Positions 1-12,078 of a stretch of DNA of 64,000 nt are shown here, piece after piece; the stretch's first letter is position 1, and the number at the start of each line of letters is the position of its first letter. The stretch lies in contig JBLDXI010000031.1 of the NCBI GenBank assembly GCA_047495785.1, forward strand, positions 186,001 through 250,000, given 5' to 3'. The notes under the pieces are model-generated. The model saw nothing but the letters and a program-made list of their open reading frames with translations, was not told where the DNA came from and ran no database searches. This stretch comes from Lepidodermella squamata (taxonomy: Eukaryota; Animalia; Gastrotricha). The translations under genes and the position numbers were made by a program.

Positions 1-907
1 ATGCATCTAGCAACGGCACCTGGCAAAGCAAGAACAATCAGCACTGAGCCGATAAGTATCGTTGGATTATTGACCAAAGCCATATTTGTTCGATCGATAG
101 ACGCTGGAACTGGCTTACCAACTCGGCGGAGGTTCGTCTTTATTTTATAAAAATTCCATATTTTGGAGAGCAAAGTAACCAGATGCAAACAAGGCAGCCC
201 AAACGCCCAGATTGGGGTCTATTGAACTACGGCCTGGGCATCCGCCTCAACTAAGCCCTTGTCAGTGTAGCTCATGTTCCCAATGCGGAGGCCTTGGATG
301 TTAGTATTGAGAAGAGACTCGTTCACAGCTTTCGTGACGATTTCGGGGTTCGTTTGATAATTAGCTACGGATACGTTTTGCTTCTTCAGCTAGATATCCG
401 CATTGTGAAGTGCATGCAGGCCTTTGAGGATATAGTCATGCATCAAAAATCGGTGTCATGCATCAGAAAACACCACTCAGAACGAATGTTTGGGGGTAAG
501 CTGCTGCGCCGATCCAGTCCAAAATGCTTGTAGAAACTGCTGTGCCTCCCTCCTACAGCCGTGAACTTCCGGGGCCAGGCGATACGGATTGTCAACGGTG
601 CTGTAGTTCACGATGAAAACTTATCTCGGACCCGTGATTCCAGCTTTGAAGGCTTGGCATAGAAATCTGTGGACAATTACGTAAATTGACAATTTGAAGT
701 AAATATATTGATTATTCTGATCTAGCGTTTTGATTGCCTCAGTCACTTGATCATTGATCTCAACTATAGCAGTTAAATAGGCGACATTTAACTTACAAAA
801 GGGCTCATCGATTGACAGTCCGTGGAAAACTTTGGTCAGAGGATCAATGGAGAGGCAGTGTAGGTGTTCATAGATTCGTCATAGAATTCGATGATAGCTC
901 GCGGAGC
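1..907 (-). pseudogene. Internally deleted copy of the class C GPCR at 12079-14420
   Basis: Blocks nearly identical to about 12203-12413, 13205-13830 and 14080-14187 are joined across large deletions, with stops and frameshifts. Runs off the left edge of the window. Confidence 0.85.
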
Positions 908-1356
908 CAGACAAGCTGACGTCACCAGAAGACAGGCAGGCAAACGGAAGGCGGCGGTGTCAAGGGCTGAACCGAGGCGGATGACGGCGAGCCAGCGGTA
1001 GCCAGTTGTAGCAAAAACACGTTCGAAGGTAAAAAACTAAGGCTTACTATTTGAAGGCTAAAGCTAAAGGACCGGAGAGAAGTCAGCGACTTGTCTTGTC
1101 ACTGGCTGGTCTCGTCGCTTGAAAAACATTGAACTTTATTGGCCGTTATTACCACATGTCATCCACAAGTATTTAGATTCCAGGCTCACGTTAAGTAGAT
1201 TTCGTTGTAATGCTTGGAAAATTACAGAATAAAGCCCGTCATGAAATGATCAGCTGCTTACAATTGAAAATTGTCCGACCCTGCTTATGCAAATAGTGGA
1301 GCTTTCAGTTTCTTAATTACAGACTATTACAGGCTGACTATTACAGTAGGAAGAAG

Positions 1357-2108
1357 CAGGGCCGGATTAACGCATATGCACAGAGGGCACGTGCCCAGGA
1401 GCCGCCAGTCAAAAGGGGCCGCCAGAAAGTGGTGAAATGTTCGCTTTTACTAAACATTCCCGGAAGATTTTTGGGCCTTTATTAGGTCGTTATTCTTTGC
1501 AATTGAGAGCCTTTCCAAGCATCCGGATCAACCCATTTTCTTGTATTTTGCTAAAATTTTGCTCGCTTCGCTCGCAAGTTCGTCAACTTTTATTCACTTT
1601 TTTATCAGTACTCCCCCTATTCAATTAATTTTGAACAAGCGTTAACTCATTTGGGGGTTTTAATGAAGAATGAATGAGAGTCAAATCCTCTTGCCACAAT
1701 TGTTTCGGAGTCAGAATGAGACGGGAAAACAAGGATTTTTCTGCATGAGAAAAACGATTTCCAGGAATATTCTTGGAAAATTTCTCACTTCGCTCGTGGT
1801 AATGTGACAATATTCCAATTTGCGGTTATTTTGTTGGAAAATGGAAAGCACTTATGAACGCCAACTCATTTAGCAATACTGGGTGGCTTGTAGCAACAAA
1901 ATACCAAAGCAAAATTAAATGTTAGAAGTTAGAAGGAATTATTGTTTAATGAAATTTAATCCCACTGTTTAATCCCATCAGGAATTTGAGAAAATTGACT
2001 TTGATCATGGTTTCAGGCATGAAAACCTAGTTTTAGTGGAAACATATGAAGAGTAGGGCCGCCAACCAGAAAGTGCCCAGGGGCCACCCGAGTGTTAATC
2101 CGGCCCGG
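1357..2108. mobile_element. Non-autonomous hAT-type element (MITE)
   Basis: TIRs CAGGGCCGGATTAAC / GTTAATCCGGCCCGG; 8-bp TSD GGAAGAAG at 1349-1356 and 2109-2116; no transposase ORF. Confidence 0.85.
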
Positions 2109-2225
2109 GGAAGAAGTCCTGCGTGAGTTGAATCTCTAACATGAGAACGTTGTGCAAAAATTATCAAGCACGGGCTTAAGGATTCAGGTTTTTTTGTTGC
2201 GAGGTAATCTCTTCCAAAGGATTAC

Positions 2226-2431
2226 TAAAGTTCTGCCTCGATAAAAACACTGGGTCGGGAGCCAGACCCGTTCTTTAAACAAGGGGTGCTTTTAACAAGG
2301 GCGCCGTACATTTATTACGAAAAAGCAAACAATTGACACCATGTGGGGCGCTAATCCACTTCCGATCGTAAACAGCCCTCGATAAAGAAACGGTCTTATA
2401 AAAAGGGTGCCTTTAACGAGGGAGCACTGTA
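2226..2431. mobile_element. Degenerate Tc1-mariner/pogo-type MITE
   Basis: The right end reverse-complements to TACAGTGCTCCCTCGTTAA, imperfectly matching the left TAAAGTTCTGCCTCGATAA. TA flanks and an internal duplicated motif. Confidence 0.45.
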
Positions 2432-2714
2432 TATTTTTCTCAAGGCTCAAGGCTCAAGGCTGACTCATGCATTTTGCTGGAACTTTTATTAGCTGTATTA
2501 TTCCGTCACAGAACCGTAAAATGAACAGTTGAGGGTTGTTTCCAAGTTCCATTCATGAATTTCATGAAATAAAAAGGAATGTCGTCAACTCGAGTCAATC
2601 TTGAACTTGAAGCTGCTAGACATCTCAGAGGTTTTTAACATTCAACAGCGGTAGACAAGAACAATGGAAAATACAGCTCGATGAATATGAAATGCAAATA
2701 AAAACACTGTACTA

Positions 2715-4130
2715 TCAAAAATATATCTTTAAACAAGTCGTGATATCGAAGGCCAAACAGAGCATCAATACAGTAGTAAACGTGATACCATCCATAATAT
2801 TGATTTTTCGAAAATTCCATCTGGTAAATTTGTTCTCGAGGTATTTCGCAGAGTTGGCGCCGTTCGTCAGCCGACAGGTGACGAGGCAATAAATCGAAAC
2901 AAACACGCCGATAGAAATTTGAACAGCGAAATTAACCTCCAGCCATATGATTTCTGCAGTGTCAGGGATACTTTCCGTAATCACAATCATTAGCAACGAT
3001 GATGAAAGGAAAACTGTCAGCGAATAACCGGACCGATCAGACATATCGGGCGGAAGAGTGAATACAGACAGCTGAAGAATTTTCAGAAGAATCATCGGTA
3101 AAATTATAGTTGTGATGTAGCACTCGGCTTTTCGAGCCAGGATGAAATTGAATTTGACTGATGTATTCGAGTTTTCCAATGTTGCATTCGCCCCCAATAA
3201 GCGCCAAACGTCGGCGTCCGAGAAACCTCTGATTCCGGTACTCATTGATGCCTCCGTGAAAGGATCACGTCTTCCGAAGCCCGGGCCAGCAAATGAAACA
3301 GAATATTTCTCTAATTTTTCGGCGCCAATATTTATCGAGCAAAATTGTTTATCGAATGGGAATCTTTAAAATGAAGAAATCGTTCAGTAATATTAGTATA
3401 GAATGTCCGGTTGGATATCATAGGTGGATAGCACGATGGATATTGGCCTGAAAGACGAATATCCATCACTGTCCACCTATGACACCCGAATATGAGTGTT
3501 ATCCGGCGCCAAAAATGATCAAATCCGGATATGTTATCTGGAAATCGTCAGATCCGCAGATATACTCACTTTTTGAACCTGAGAAAACAAGTCGAATCGT
3601 ATTTCGAGATGGCGCTCAACGAAGCGTATCCACTTGACGCCACTAATACCTTTTTCTGATCCGGCCTTGTAAGGAAAAAGCGTAAATAAGTAAAATGGTG
3701 TGAAGCAACCTAATTACCACATGAAAGGATCGATGTTGCCGACCCTATTGATATGGGCTATGTCCGGCACCCATATTTCGTCCTTTACTCGATACCAGCA
3801 GAAAGCAGGTGAAGTTCCTTCTTTGATGTTCTGCCATTTAGCGCAATTGGGAAGAAGCCATTCAATAGTAACTTCGGCTTGCATGGAAAAGATTTGCTCG
3901 ATGTCGTCTAGACCAATGAATGATAGCGGCTGTATTTGAATGCTAACTATTACTACTGAGGTGTTGCGGATGGGTTTAGCTGTTGTACTGCGAAGGTACG
4001 GGCAGAAGGTTTGCAAATTTTTACAGAATTGATCATCTGGGTCTAATTCATTCGCCTTGAATTTACCATATTCGTCCAAGCCGCAGATCGCACCTGCAAA
4101 GAGCAGAATGATTAAAAGCGTAGGAGACAT
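2715..4130 (-). CDS. Divergent Cys-loop ligand-gated ion channel subunit (copy 1), 385 aa
   Basis: Exons 4130-3718, 3665-3570 and 3363-2715 splice in frame (GT-AG). Signal peptide, IWVPDI (loop A), Cys-loop CFLRFKKFPFDKQFC (C-x13-C), four TM helices, M2 SDRSGYSLTVFL. Confidence 0.9.
3418..3482. repeat. Imperfect palindrome in the enlarged intron 2 of channel copy 1
   Basis: TCATAGGTGGATAGCACGATGGATATT pairs with AATATCCATCACTGTCCACCTATGA. This intron is 206 bp versus about 50-55 bp in paralogs. Confidence 0.7.
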
Positions 4131-4691
4131 ACTGAAATGTAATATGCTAGCCTTGGCGAAAGCTCTATATATTGTTGATCCCGGATATTGCATTCTCTTC
4201 GCGTACAATTTTCATCACGACTGCTATTGTATAGAACTATTGCCTTATCAGTATTTAGCTCATTGATTCTCGTTGCGATTCGCATAGAGATCGAAGTGAT
4301 CAGAGGTGACACTTGCACATGCGTAATGGTACCTTAAAATGAAAATAATGTTTTACTTTTGAACCGTTAAAATCGCCATTTTTTATCGGCGTTTTCTGAC
4401 ATTTTCATTCATCAATCAACAATTTACAACCTCTTGGATTTCGATGCCGATTTGTAGAAAAGGGAGCTACTTCTTCCTCTTTCTGGAAAGGTTCAAATTA
4501 GACTTTCCAAAAGGGAAAGGTTTGGCGAAATGTTTAAGATCGTAGGATTTTTTGGTTGCCATCAGGGTTGCCGAGGGTGATTATTTCTCTTGTCTGAAGA
4601 GTTAAGGAATCCTTAACGGTGTTGAGAGCAGAAACGAGATATCGGCCCGCTGAGAAAGCCCGAGGGTGTAGCGAGGCGAAGCCCGAGGGTA

Positions 4692-6675
4692 CCGTATTTC
4701 TCGAAAATATACGACACACCTGTATATATCCCCGCTCCCTAATACAACCCGACGAAAAAATCGTTTGTTCATATTTAACCCAGGCCTCGAAATTGTACCA
4801 CAGCTATTTTAATTTGGGCGAAGCATGCGTTGGAACAAAAGAAAAGCCTTATTAATGACGCATTATCGTAATCAGTGATTAGCTATCGCGTAAGCAGCTT
4901 CGCAACGTCTGATCTTGGCACCATTCATAAGCCAGCAGAAAATGCCCATTCAGCATTCACTAGCTGAGACACAGAGTTTTATTTTAACATTTTCATATCC
5001 TTCTTAATCGTTTTAACCTTCTGGAATCGATGATGGCTGGCTCTCCTGATCGTCTTCAAGATTCCGTCCAGGTGTCCGAAGAAGACAAGCGAAAGCGGCA
5101 CCGCAAGTATTCCCTCGCATACAAAATTCGCGTGGCTGATCATACAAAAGCAATCTCAGCAAACGATGCCTCGAGAGTCTTCAAGGTCGATCGTCGATGC
5201 GTCAAGGAATGGCTACAACATCACCAACAGCTGCTGATTCTACAGTTCGCTGGCATGGAAAAGCGTCATCGTCTCCTTGGCGCCGGTCGACCGCTGGCCT
5301 ACCCTAACCTCGATCAGGTTATGGAAGAATGGATAACCGAGCAACGCCTCGCCCGCCGTCCCGTCTCAAGGCGCAGCATTTTGCTGAAAGCAAAACAGCT
5401 CGATCCATCATTCAAAGGCAGCAACGGATGGCTCGATCGTTTCCTCAAACGGTACGATTTCTGTTTAAGAAGGCGAACTACTCAATGCCAGAAAGTCCCG
5501 GAATCGTACATCGATAAGCTGGTCAAGTTTGTTCTCTACATTCGGCAAATCCGAATCAACCATCGTTACTTGCCGCAAAACATCGTGGCAGCAGACGAAA
5601 CAGCTGTATGGATGGACTGGCCATCTGGTACTACGATCGAGCGAACTGGTAGCAAGGAGGTCTCTGTGATCACTACTGGGCACGACAAGTCACGCATTAC
5701 GGTAATGCTCACTGCTCGTTCTGACGGCACAAAGCTGAAACCGTTTGTTCTTCTTAACCGGAAGCGACCGGTAAAAGAGCTGGAACGTTTCAATTCAAAG
5801 ATGGTCATCGCTTGCAAGGGTAAGTTCTGGAGATCAATTAAAATTTTAATCTTTTGAATTTCATCAGGGACTGTTTGGATGAATGACAGCCTCACTGGTC
5901 TCTACTTGGACAAAGTGGTCGGGCGAGATGTCTTCGGAAATCGGCGTCTCATGGTTTGGGATTCGTTCAGAAGTCACATCAGCGAGGCTACCAAGAAGAA
6001 GTGCGCTGGCATGAAGCTCGACCTCGCCATCGTTCCAGGCGGCTGTACGAAATTTGTCCAACCAGCTGACCTCTGCTGGAACCAGCCTTTCAAAGCTCAC
6101 ATGCGACAACTCTACACGGACTGGCTTTCAAGTCCAGCTGCACAGGACGTGACCAAAGGCGGCAACCCGAAAGCGCCTCCTCTCCCGCTCATCTGCGAGT
6201 GGATTCTGGCTTCTTGGGATGCTCTGCCCACCAGTCTTGTCCGTCGGCCGTTTTACTTCTGCGGAATCGCCAACGCACTCGATGGTTCCGAGGATGATCA
6301 GATCTCGTGCTTCAAGGATGGAAAGCCGTGCGCTGCTGGCCGAGAGCTACTGGCTTCGAAGATGGCATCAAACGACACGTTCGATCAAGTCATCAGCCTG
6401 GATGATTTCAACGATGACGAAAGTGAACCTGACTTTTTTTTTATTGATAATTGATTTTGTTGGTTGATCAAAAAATTGTTAACTTTTTCACTTTTTCACT
6501 GAATCGACAAATAAAACAATCTAAAAACGTCGTCTTAATACGAATTGCTCGCGGCTTTTTGTGATGATTCGCAATTAAACAGCACACCCGTATATATCCC
6601 CACTCCCTAATACAACCCGAATCAAAAATCATTTGTTCATAAATATAGCCCGCGGTAAATTTTCGAGAAATACGG
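4692..6675 (+). mobile_element. Full-length pogo-superfamily DNA transposon (DD35D)
   Basis: TIRs CCGTATTTCTCGAAAAT / ATTTTCGAGAAATACGG; TA TSD at 4690-91 and 6676-77; encloses a spliced transposase gene. Confidence 0.93.
5030..6454 (+). CDS. pogo transposase (N-terminal HTH and CENP-B-type HTH, DDE_1 domain), 458 aa
   Basis: Exons 5030-5819 and 5868-6454 (48-bp GT-AG intron) join in frame. Motifs FKGSNGWLDRF, ADETAV, VWDSFRSH, QPADLCWNQPFK; 35 residues between the 2nd and 3rd Asp. Confidence 0.92.
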
Positions 6676-6825
6676 TATTTTCAAAGGGCTGAGATGTTCT
6701 CGTTGCGCAACAATCGAAAAGTTTGGCTGTAATGGTATCATTTATTTGAGTATCATTTGTTTTGGAGTAGTCCCGCTCAAACTATATTATACAAATATTA
6801 ATAGTAAATAAAAATTACTACGTAG

Positions 6826-8084
6826 TCAGAAGTATATCATCAAAAACGTCGTGATGTCGAACAGCAGACAGAGCGCCGATATCGCAGCGAACGTGATAAC
6901 ATCCATGAAATCGATCTTACGCAAACACCATCTGGTAACTTTACACTCGACGTATTTCGCGTAGTTGGCGCCGTTCGTCAGCCGACAAGTGACGAGGCAA
7001 TAAATCGAAACAAACACGCCGATAGAAATTTGAAAAGCAAAATTGACCTCTAGCCATATGATTTCGGAAGTGTCGGGGAAATTGTCGGTGATCATGGTCA
7101 TCAAGAAAGTCGATGAGAGAAAAATTGTTAGCGAAAAACCGGATCGATCAGACATATTAGCAGGTAGAGCAAATACGGATAACTGAAGAATTTTAAGTAA
7201 GATCATTGGTAACATAATAGTCGTTATGTAGCATTCAGCTTTTCGAACCATGATGAAGTTGAACTTGACCAATTTATCCGAGTCATGCCGTGTTGCATTC
7301 GTTTCTAGCAGCCGCCAAACATCCGCGTCGGAGAAATCCGTCATTCCAGGGTCAAACTGCTCCGTTATAGGATCTGTTGCTCCGAAAGCCTGATCAACAA
7401 AGGTAACAACGTATTTCTCGAACCTCTCAGTTGCTATGTCTATCGAACAAGCTTGGGTATCGAATGGGAATCTTAAAGAAAATAAGGATACATATTTGAG
7501 TAATCCGATGCATTCCGGCATTCTCACTTTTTAAACCGGAGAAAACAAGTCGAATCGTATCTTGAAATTACGCTCAAAGATGCTTTTCCACTATTTGTTA
7601 CATACACCTTTTTCTGATCCGTCCTATGTACATAAATATTGAACAATTTGTATCAAGCGTCTTTAGGAAGCTACTACCATAGAAAAGGATCAATGTTGCC
7701 GACCCTATTGCTGTGCACCAAATGTGGCACCCAAATTTCGTCCTTCGCTCGATAGAAGCAGAAGTGAGGGCTCTGCAAACGAATAGGTTTCCATCTTGCG
7801 CATTTCGGAAGCATCCATCGAACCATAACTTCCGCTTGCATTGAAAACAGTTGCTCGGTATCGCTGAGACCGATGAATGATTGCGGCCGAAGGCGTACCA
7901 TTACCGTGACTCTCTCGCTATGGAGCATGGGTTCAGCAGTAGCAATACGAAGGTAAGGGCAAGAGGCTTGCAATGTTGTGCAGAATTCATCAATAGGTTG
8001 CAATTCTGTCGCCTTGCATATCTCAGATGAATTCAAACAACAAGTAAAGCCTGCGAAGATCAGCAGAATGAAGTTAGAAGGCAT
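6826..8084 (-). CDS. Divergent Cys-loop channel subunit (copy 2)
   Basis: Same three-exon structure as copy 1; Cys-loop CFLRFKKFPFDTQAC; M2 SDRSGFSLTIFL. The start could alternatively be the ATG at 8099. Confidence 0.88.
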
Positions 8085-9276
8085 TTCAAAATACTGCATG
8101 AAATCTGAGATAACGAGCTCACATTTGAGCTTATTGAAAACGAATAAGGCAAACTTCCGCCATCTGTTTCCTCCATCGCATTGTAAAATAATGTTTCGGC
8201 TAGAAAAGGCAGATTGTTTCATCGGTTATAAAGCGAGTGCAGCTCCTGATTGGACTTTGATGACCCAGCATTCCTCGTAAGTCCCATCGAAAATCTCGAA
8301 CCGAACGATATTTCCTTGTTTTTTTCTCCAGGTTCTATATTTTTATCCTAGGAAGACTCGCTTTTGAAAGAGCGCAAAAAAGTGTTCTTGGTCAGAAATC
8401 GATTCAAAGATGGGTCGATTGTTCATTCATTTAGCTTTAGCTATGCGTGTGTGGCTCAAATAAAACGCAAAAAACATGACTTTGCACATGGTAACGTGTG
8501 AAACTATCGCATGGTCGTAAGCTTCTGTTCTTCAGAACAAAATTCAATCCGGTTACTTTCGAGTGATTCGATGGGTGGATGATTATCGAGCAGTCGTTCA
8601 GTGGCAAAAAGTAGGTTTCTATTTAGATTCCTGATGACTGGGAGATTTCACATCTCATTCATAACAGGGTTTCTGTAACAGTTCCCGGACTACAGCGTTA
8701 CAGGACTTGGATGCCTAGGATCATGCCTAGGAAAAAATATCATAATGAATAAAATGTGTTTGGGAATATTTTATTGGGCGAAAATTGATTGTTTGGTATG
8801 GTCGGTGATCCCGCGTAACTTAAGTTGGCTGTTCGAGCGGCTGTTCGAGCGGAACTAATACACTGAAAGATGACCTCAAGCGCCTTCAAAATGACAGTGC
8901 ACATGGGTCAGTTTTAATATCCGTAAACATCGCGTTCTCAAGAAGGCCACTCGAGTGGGAAGCGAACTTCGACTAACAACTTGTTGCTTATTTTTGGTCT
9001 GAAGTGTCAAAAATGTCTTATTCCCAGTATGGATCTACTAATGTCATCTGATGTTATGATATTTTTCATCGGACATAGTTAGGGAGACGCTGCAGTAGCG
9101 TTTATGTAACTGCTGCAATAAATTCTAAAATTGTTTCCTGCCCCGCCGAGCATTCCTGTTCGGCGTATTTTGGTTATCGATATGGTGTTCAAGTGTAAGC
9201 GAATTTATTTACAAGCGTAGGGTTAGACGAAAGCATATGTAGAATATGAGATGAAAATACACTGAACACTATACAG

Positions 9277-10551
9277 TCAGAAGTATATCATCATACAAGT
9301 CGTGATGTCCAATGCCAAACTGAGTATGAATACTGTAGCAAACGTGATGCCATCCATCAAGTCGATTTTACGCAGATTCCTTCTTGTAAATTTGTACTCG
9401 ACGTATTTCGTCGAGTTATCGCCGTTCGTCAGCCGACAAGTGACGAGGCAATAAATCGAAACGAAAACTCCCATGCAAACCTGAACAGCGAAATCGACCT
9501 CGAGCCATATGATTTCTGCAGTGTCAGGAATATTATCGGTAATTACAGTCATCAAGAATGATGACGAGAGAAAAATTGTTAGCGAAAAACCAGATCGATC
9601 AGACTTTTCAGCAGGTAGAGCGAATACAGAAAGCTGGAGAATTTTCAGGAGAACCATCGGTAACATAACAGTCGTAATGTAGCATTCAGCTTTTCGAGCT
9701 AAGAAGAAGTTGAAGTTGATCAACGTTCGCGATTCATGCGATGTAGCATTTACTGTGGCAACTCGCCAAATGTCGTGGTTAAGACTTTTCATTCCGCCAC
9801 GTTTTTCCCCGGAGATTGGGTCTTTGAACTGGAAACCCCGGGCTTGCCATACAAATGAGTATTTGTCGAATGTCTCAGGGCTAATTTCTATTGAGCAAAC
9901 TTGGCTATCGAATGGGAATCTTTAACATAAAGGAAAAAATTTGAACGACTTGATAAAATCTCGCCTAACTCACTTTTTGAATCTGAGGAAACAGGTCGAA
10001 TCGTATCTCGAAATAACGCTCAAAAACGCGGAACCAGTTGCTGCAACGAATGCCAATTTTCGATCTGGCCTTGATAAGTTTAATGGGAAAACAAAAGTTT
10101 AACAGTATTTTTATTCCAATTACCAAAGAAAAGGGTCAATGTAGCCGACCCTATTCCTGTGCACCACGTTTGGCACCCATATTTCGTCCTTTACTCGATA
10201 GCGGCAGTATTTCGGTTTGCTAGAATTTTGCTTCTGGATTTCTTGTTTGGACATCCATTTTGCGCATTCAGGAAGCTTCCATTCAAAAGTAACTTCTGCT
10301 TGCATCGAGAAGAGCTGCTTAGCATCGCTGAGGCCAATAAGTACTATTGGCTGTAAGTGAATGTCAACTTGAACTTTCGAACCATTGATATACGGTTTAA
10401 TGGTAGCTCTGCGAAGGTAGGGGCAGTCCCTTTGCAGATTTTTACAGAATTTATCATCCGGGTCTAAATCATTTGCACTGAACTGTTCTGGCCGCTCTAA
10501 GCCACAGGTCAAAATTGTGTAGAGAAGAATTGTGAAAATAACTAGTAGCAT
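9277..10551 (-). CDS. Divergent Cys-loop channel subunit (copy 3)
   Basis: Three exons at conserved positions; signal peptide MLLVIFTILL...; Cys-loop CFLRFKKFPFDSQVC; four TMs. Confidence 0.88.
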
Positions 10552-10884
10552 TTTTTCTACATCAAGCAAAAAACTTATATTACGATTACCTATGTTATAT
10601 TATATCGTGTTATATCGCCGTTCGACGCGGATATTGCATGCTCTCCAAATCCTTTTTATCTTACACAATATTTATTTATTCACCTTCATACCGCGGGAGG
10701 GAAGCAAGGCTGTAGATGTTTCTATCGGGAAAAAGTTTGCGTTATGACGAAAAAACTGTCTTCGCTTGGGTGGAGGCGAAACCACCTTGTAGCAAGGATT
10801 CGCATTTGTGTTTCTGTTTGAGTTGAATAGAAGTAAATGAATTCAATGAATTTTATTATCAATAGATTTTGCCACTCAAAATGA

Positions 10885-10980
10885 CTAGACCGGACCGGTC
10901 GGACATATCCGCTGGTAGAGCGAAAACAGACAACTGACAACTGAAGAGTTTTGGGAAGAACCATCGTTAACATTGGCATT
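10885..10980 (-). pseudogene. Short frameshifted M1-M2 fragment of a Cys-loop channel
   Basis: Reads MVLPKTLQLSV then, after a frameshift, FALPADMSDRSG, matching the paralog M1-M2 region. Confidence 0.6.
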
Positions 10981-12078
10981 CGGCCCTACTGGTGGCTGTC
11001 GACTGTCGTAACTAGGCCGTTTGTTGCGTATGACCAGGAAACGAAACATATTCGGTCTCCATATCGGTTGTTTTTACGCCTTTTTTGGCTTTTGCGAAGT
11101 TTTTGCTGATAGACACATGGTATCGAATGAAAGGCGCTGATGGCGACAAACCTAGTAAAATCTTGATGACGGCCGGCAGTGGCATGTGACATAGACATAG
11201 ACATAATTTAGGATAGACTGCCTACTCACGAGAAAAGAGCGGAACACCATGGGTCACAGATGTTCAGCTGAATCATCAAAATGCTCAAAATTTCGGTGGG
11301 AAAGTAAACAGAGAAGTTCATTTTTCTTCCCCAGCTCGGCCGGGCCAGACGACAAAATGAGAATTTATCCCACTGTTTTGTTAATTTTGGAAGGTTCTGG
11401 AGCGTGTTGTAGTGGAGAATCTCCAACATTTTCTCGATTCACGCATTTATTAGCTGAAATGACTGGTCATTTTGGCAAATACAGCAAACAAAATTTTTCC
11501 ATCCCTGGCAGCGCGGGGATCCAAGATCGCACCCTGATGCAAAGGTCTATAGTGAGCCCGGTAATTCCGGACTTAGTTTTCAAGCTCAAGCTCGGCTTTT
11601 CATAATTCAGTAACATATATTTCGGCTTCTTCGTGTCCAGAACATGCTCAGTGCAAAGTTTGGGTCTAAGTTCGCCCGTCTGTGACCCACATATCCGTGA
11701 AAGATGTTTTAATTTTACCCAGCCTTTTTTACCGATGTTGTTGCTCCGAGTTGCAAAAATTCCAAGAATACACAAATCGAGTCCGCCTCGGATATCAGCA
11801 TCATATCTTTGAAAGTCTGCAGCATACTCAGTCAATTAGCAGTCTTTTGGATCAATTCGCTTAATTAGACTTTGAAACATTCTAATCATCGACAACGACG
11901 CTGGGCTATATTATAACGAATGATTTTCATTTTACTGTCTTTTTCCGTGCAAAACAACCGGTTTGTTTTGAAACGAGATATAATAACAGTGAAAAGAGGA
12001 ACAATTTAGACTGCTACTAAGACAAATCCATTTAAAATAAACCACCAACGAAATCATCACTAATAATCATCAAATAAT

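Noticed and set aside
11226-11835. Short minus-strand ORFs with scattered Cys/Trp
   Set aside because: No consistent splice model or recognisable motif; possibly a decayed gene but not supportable.
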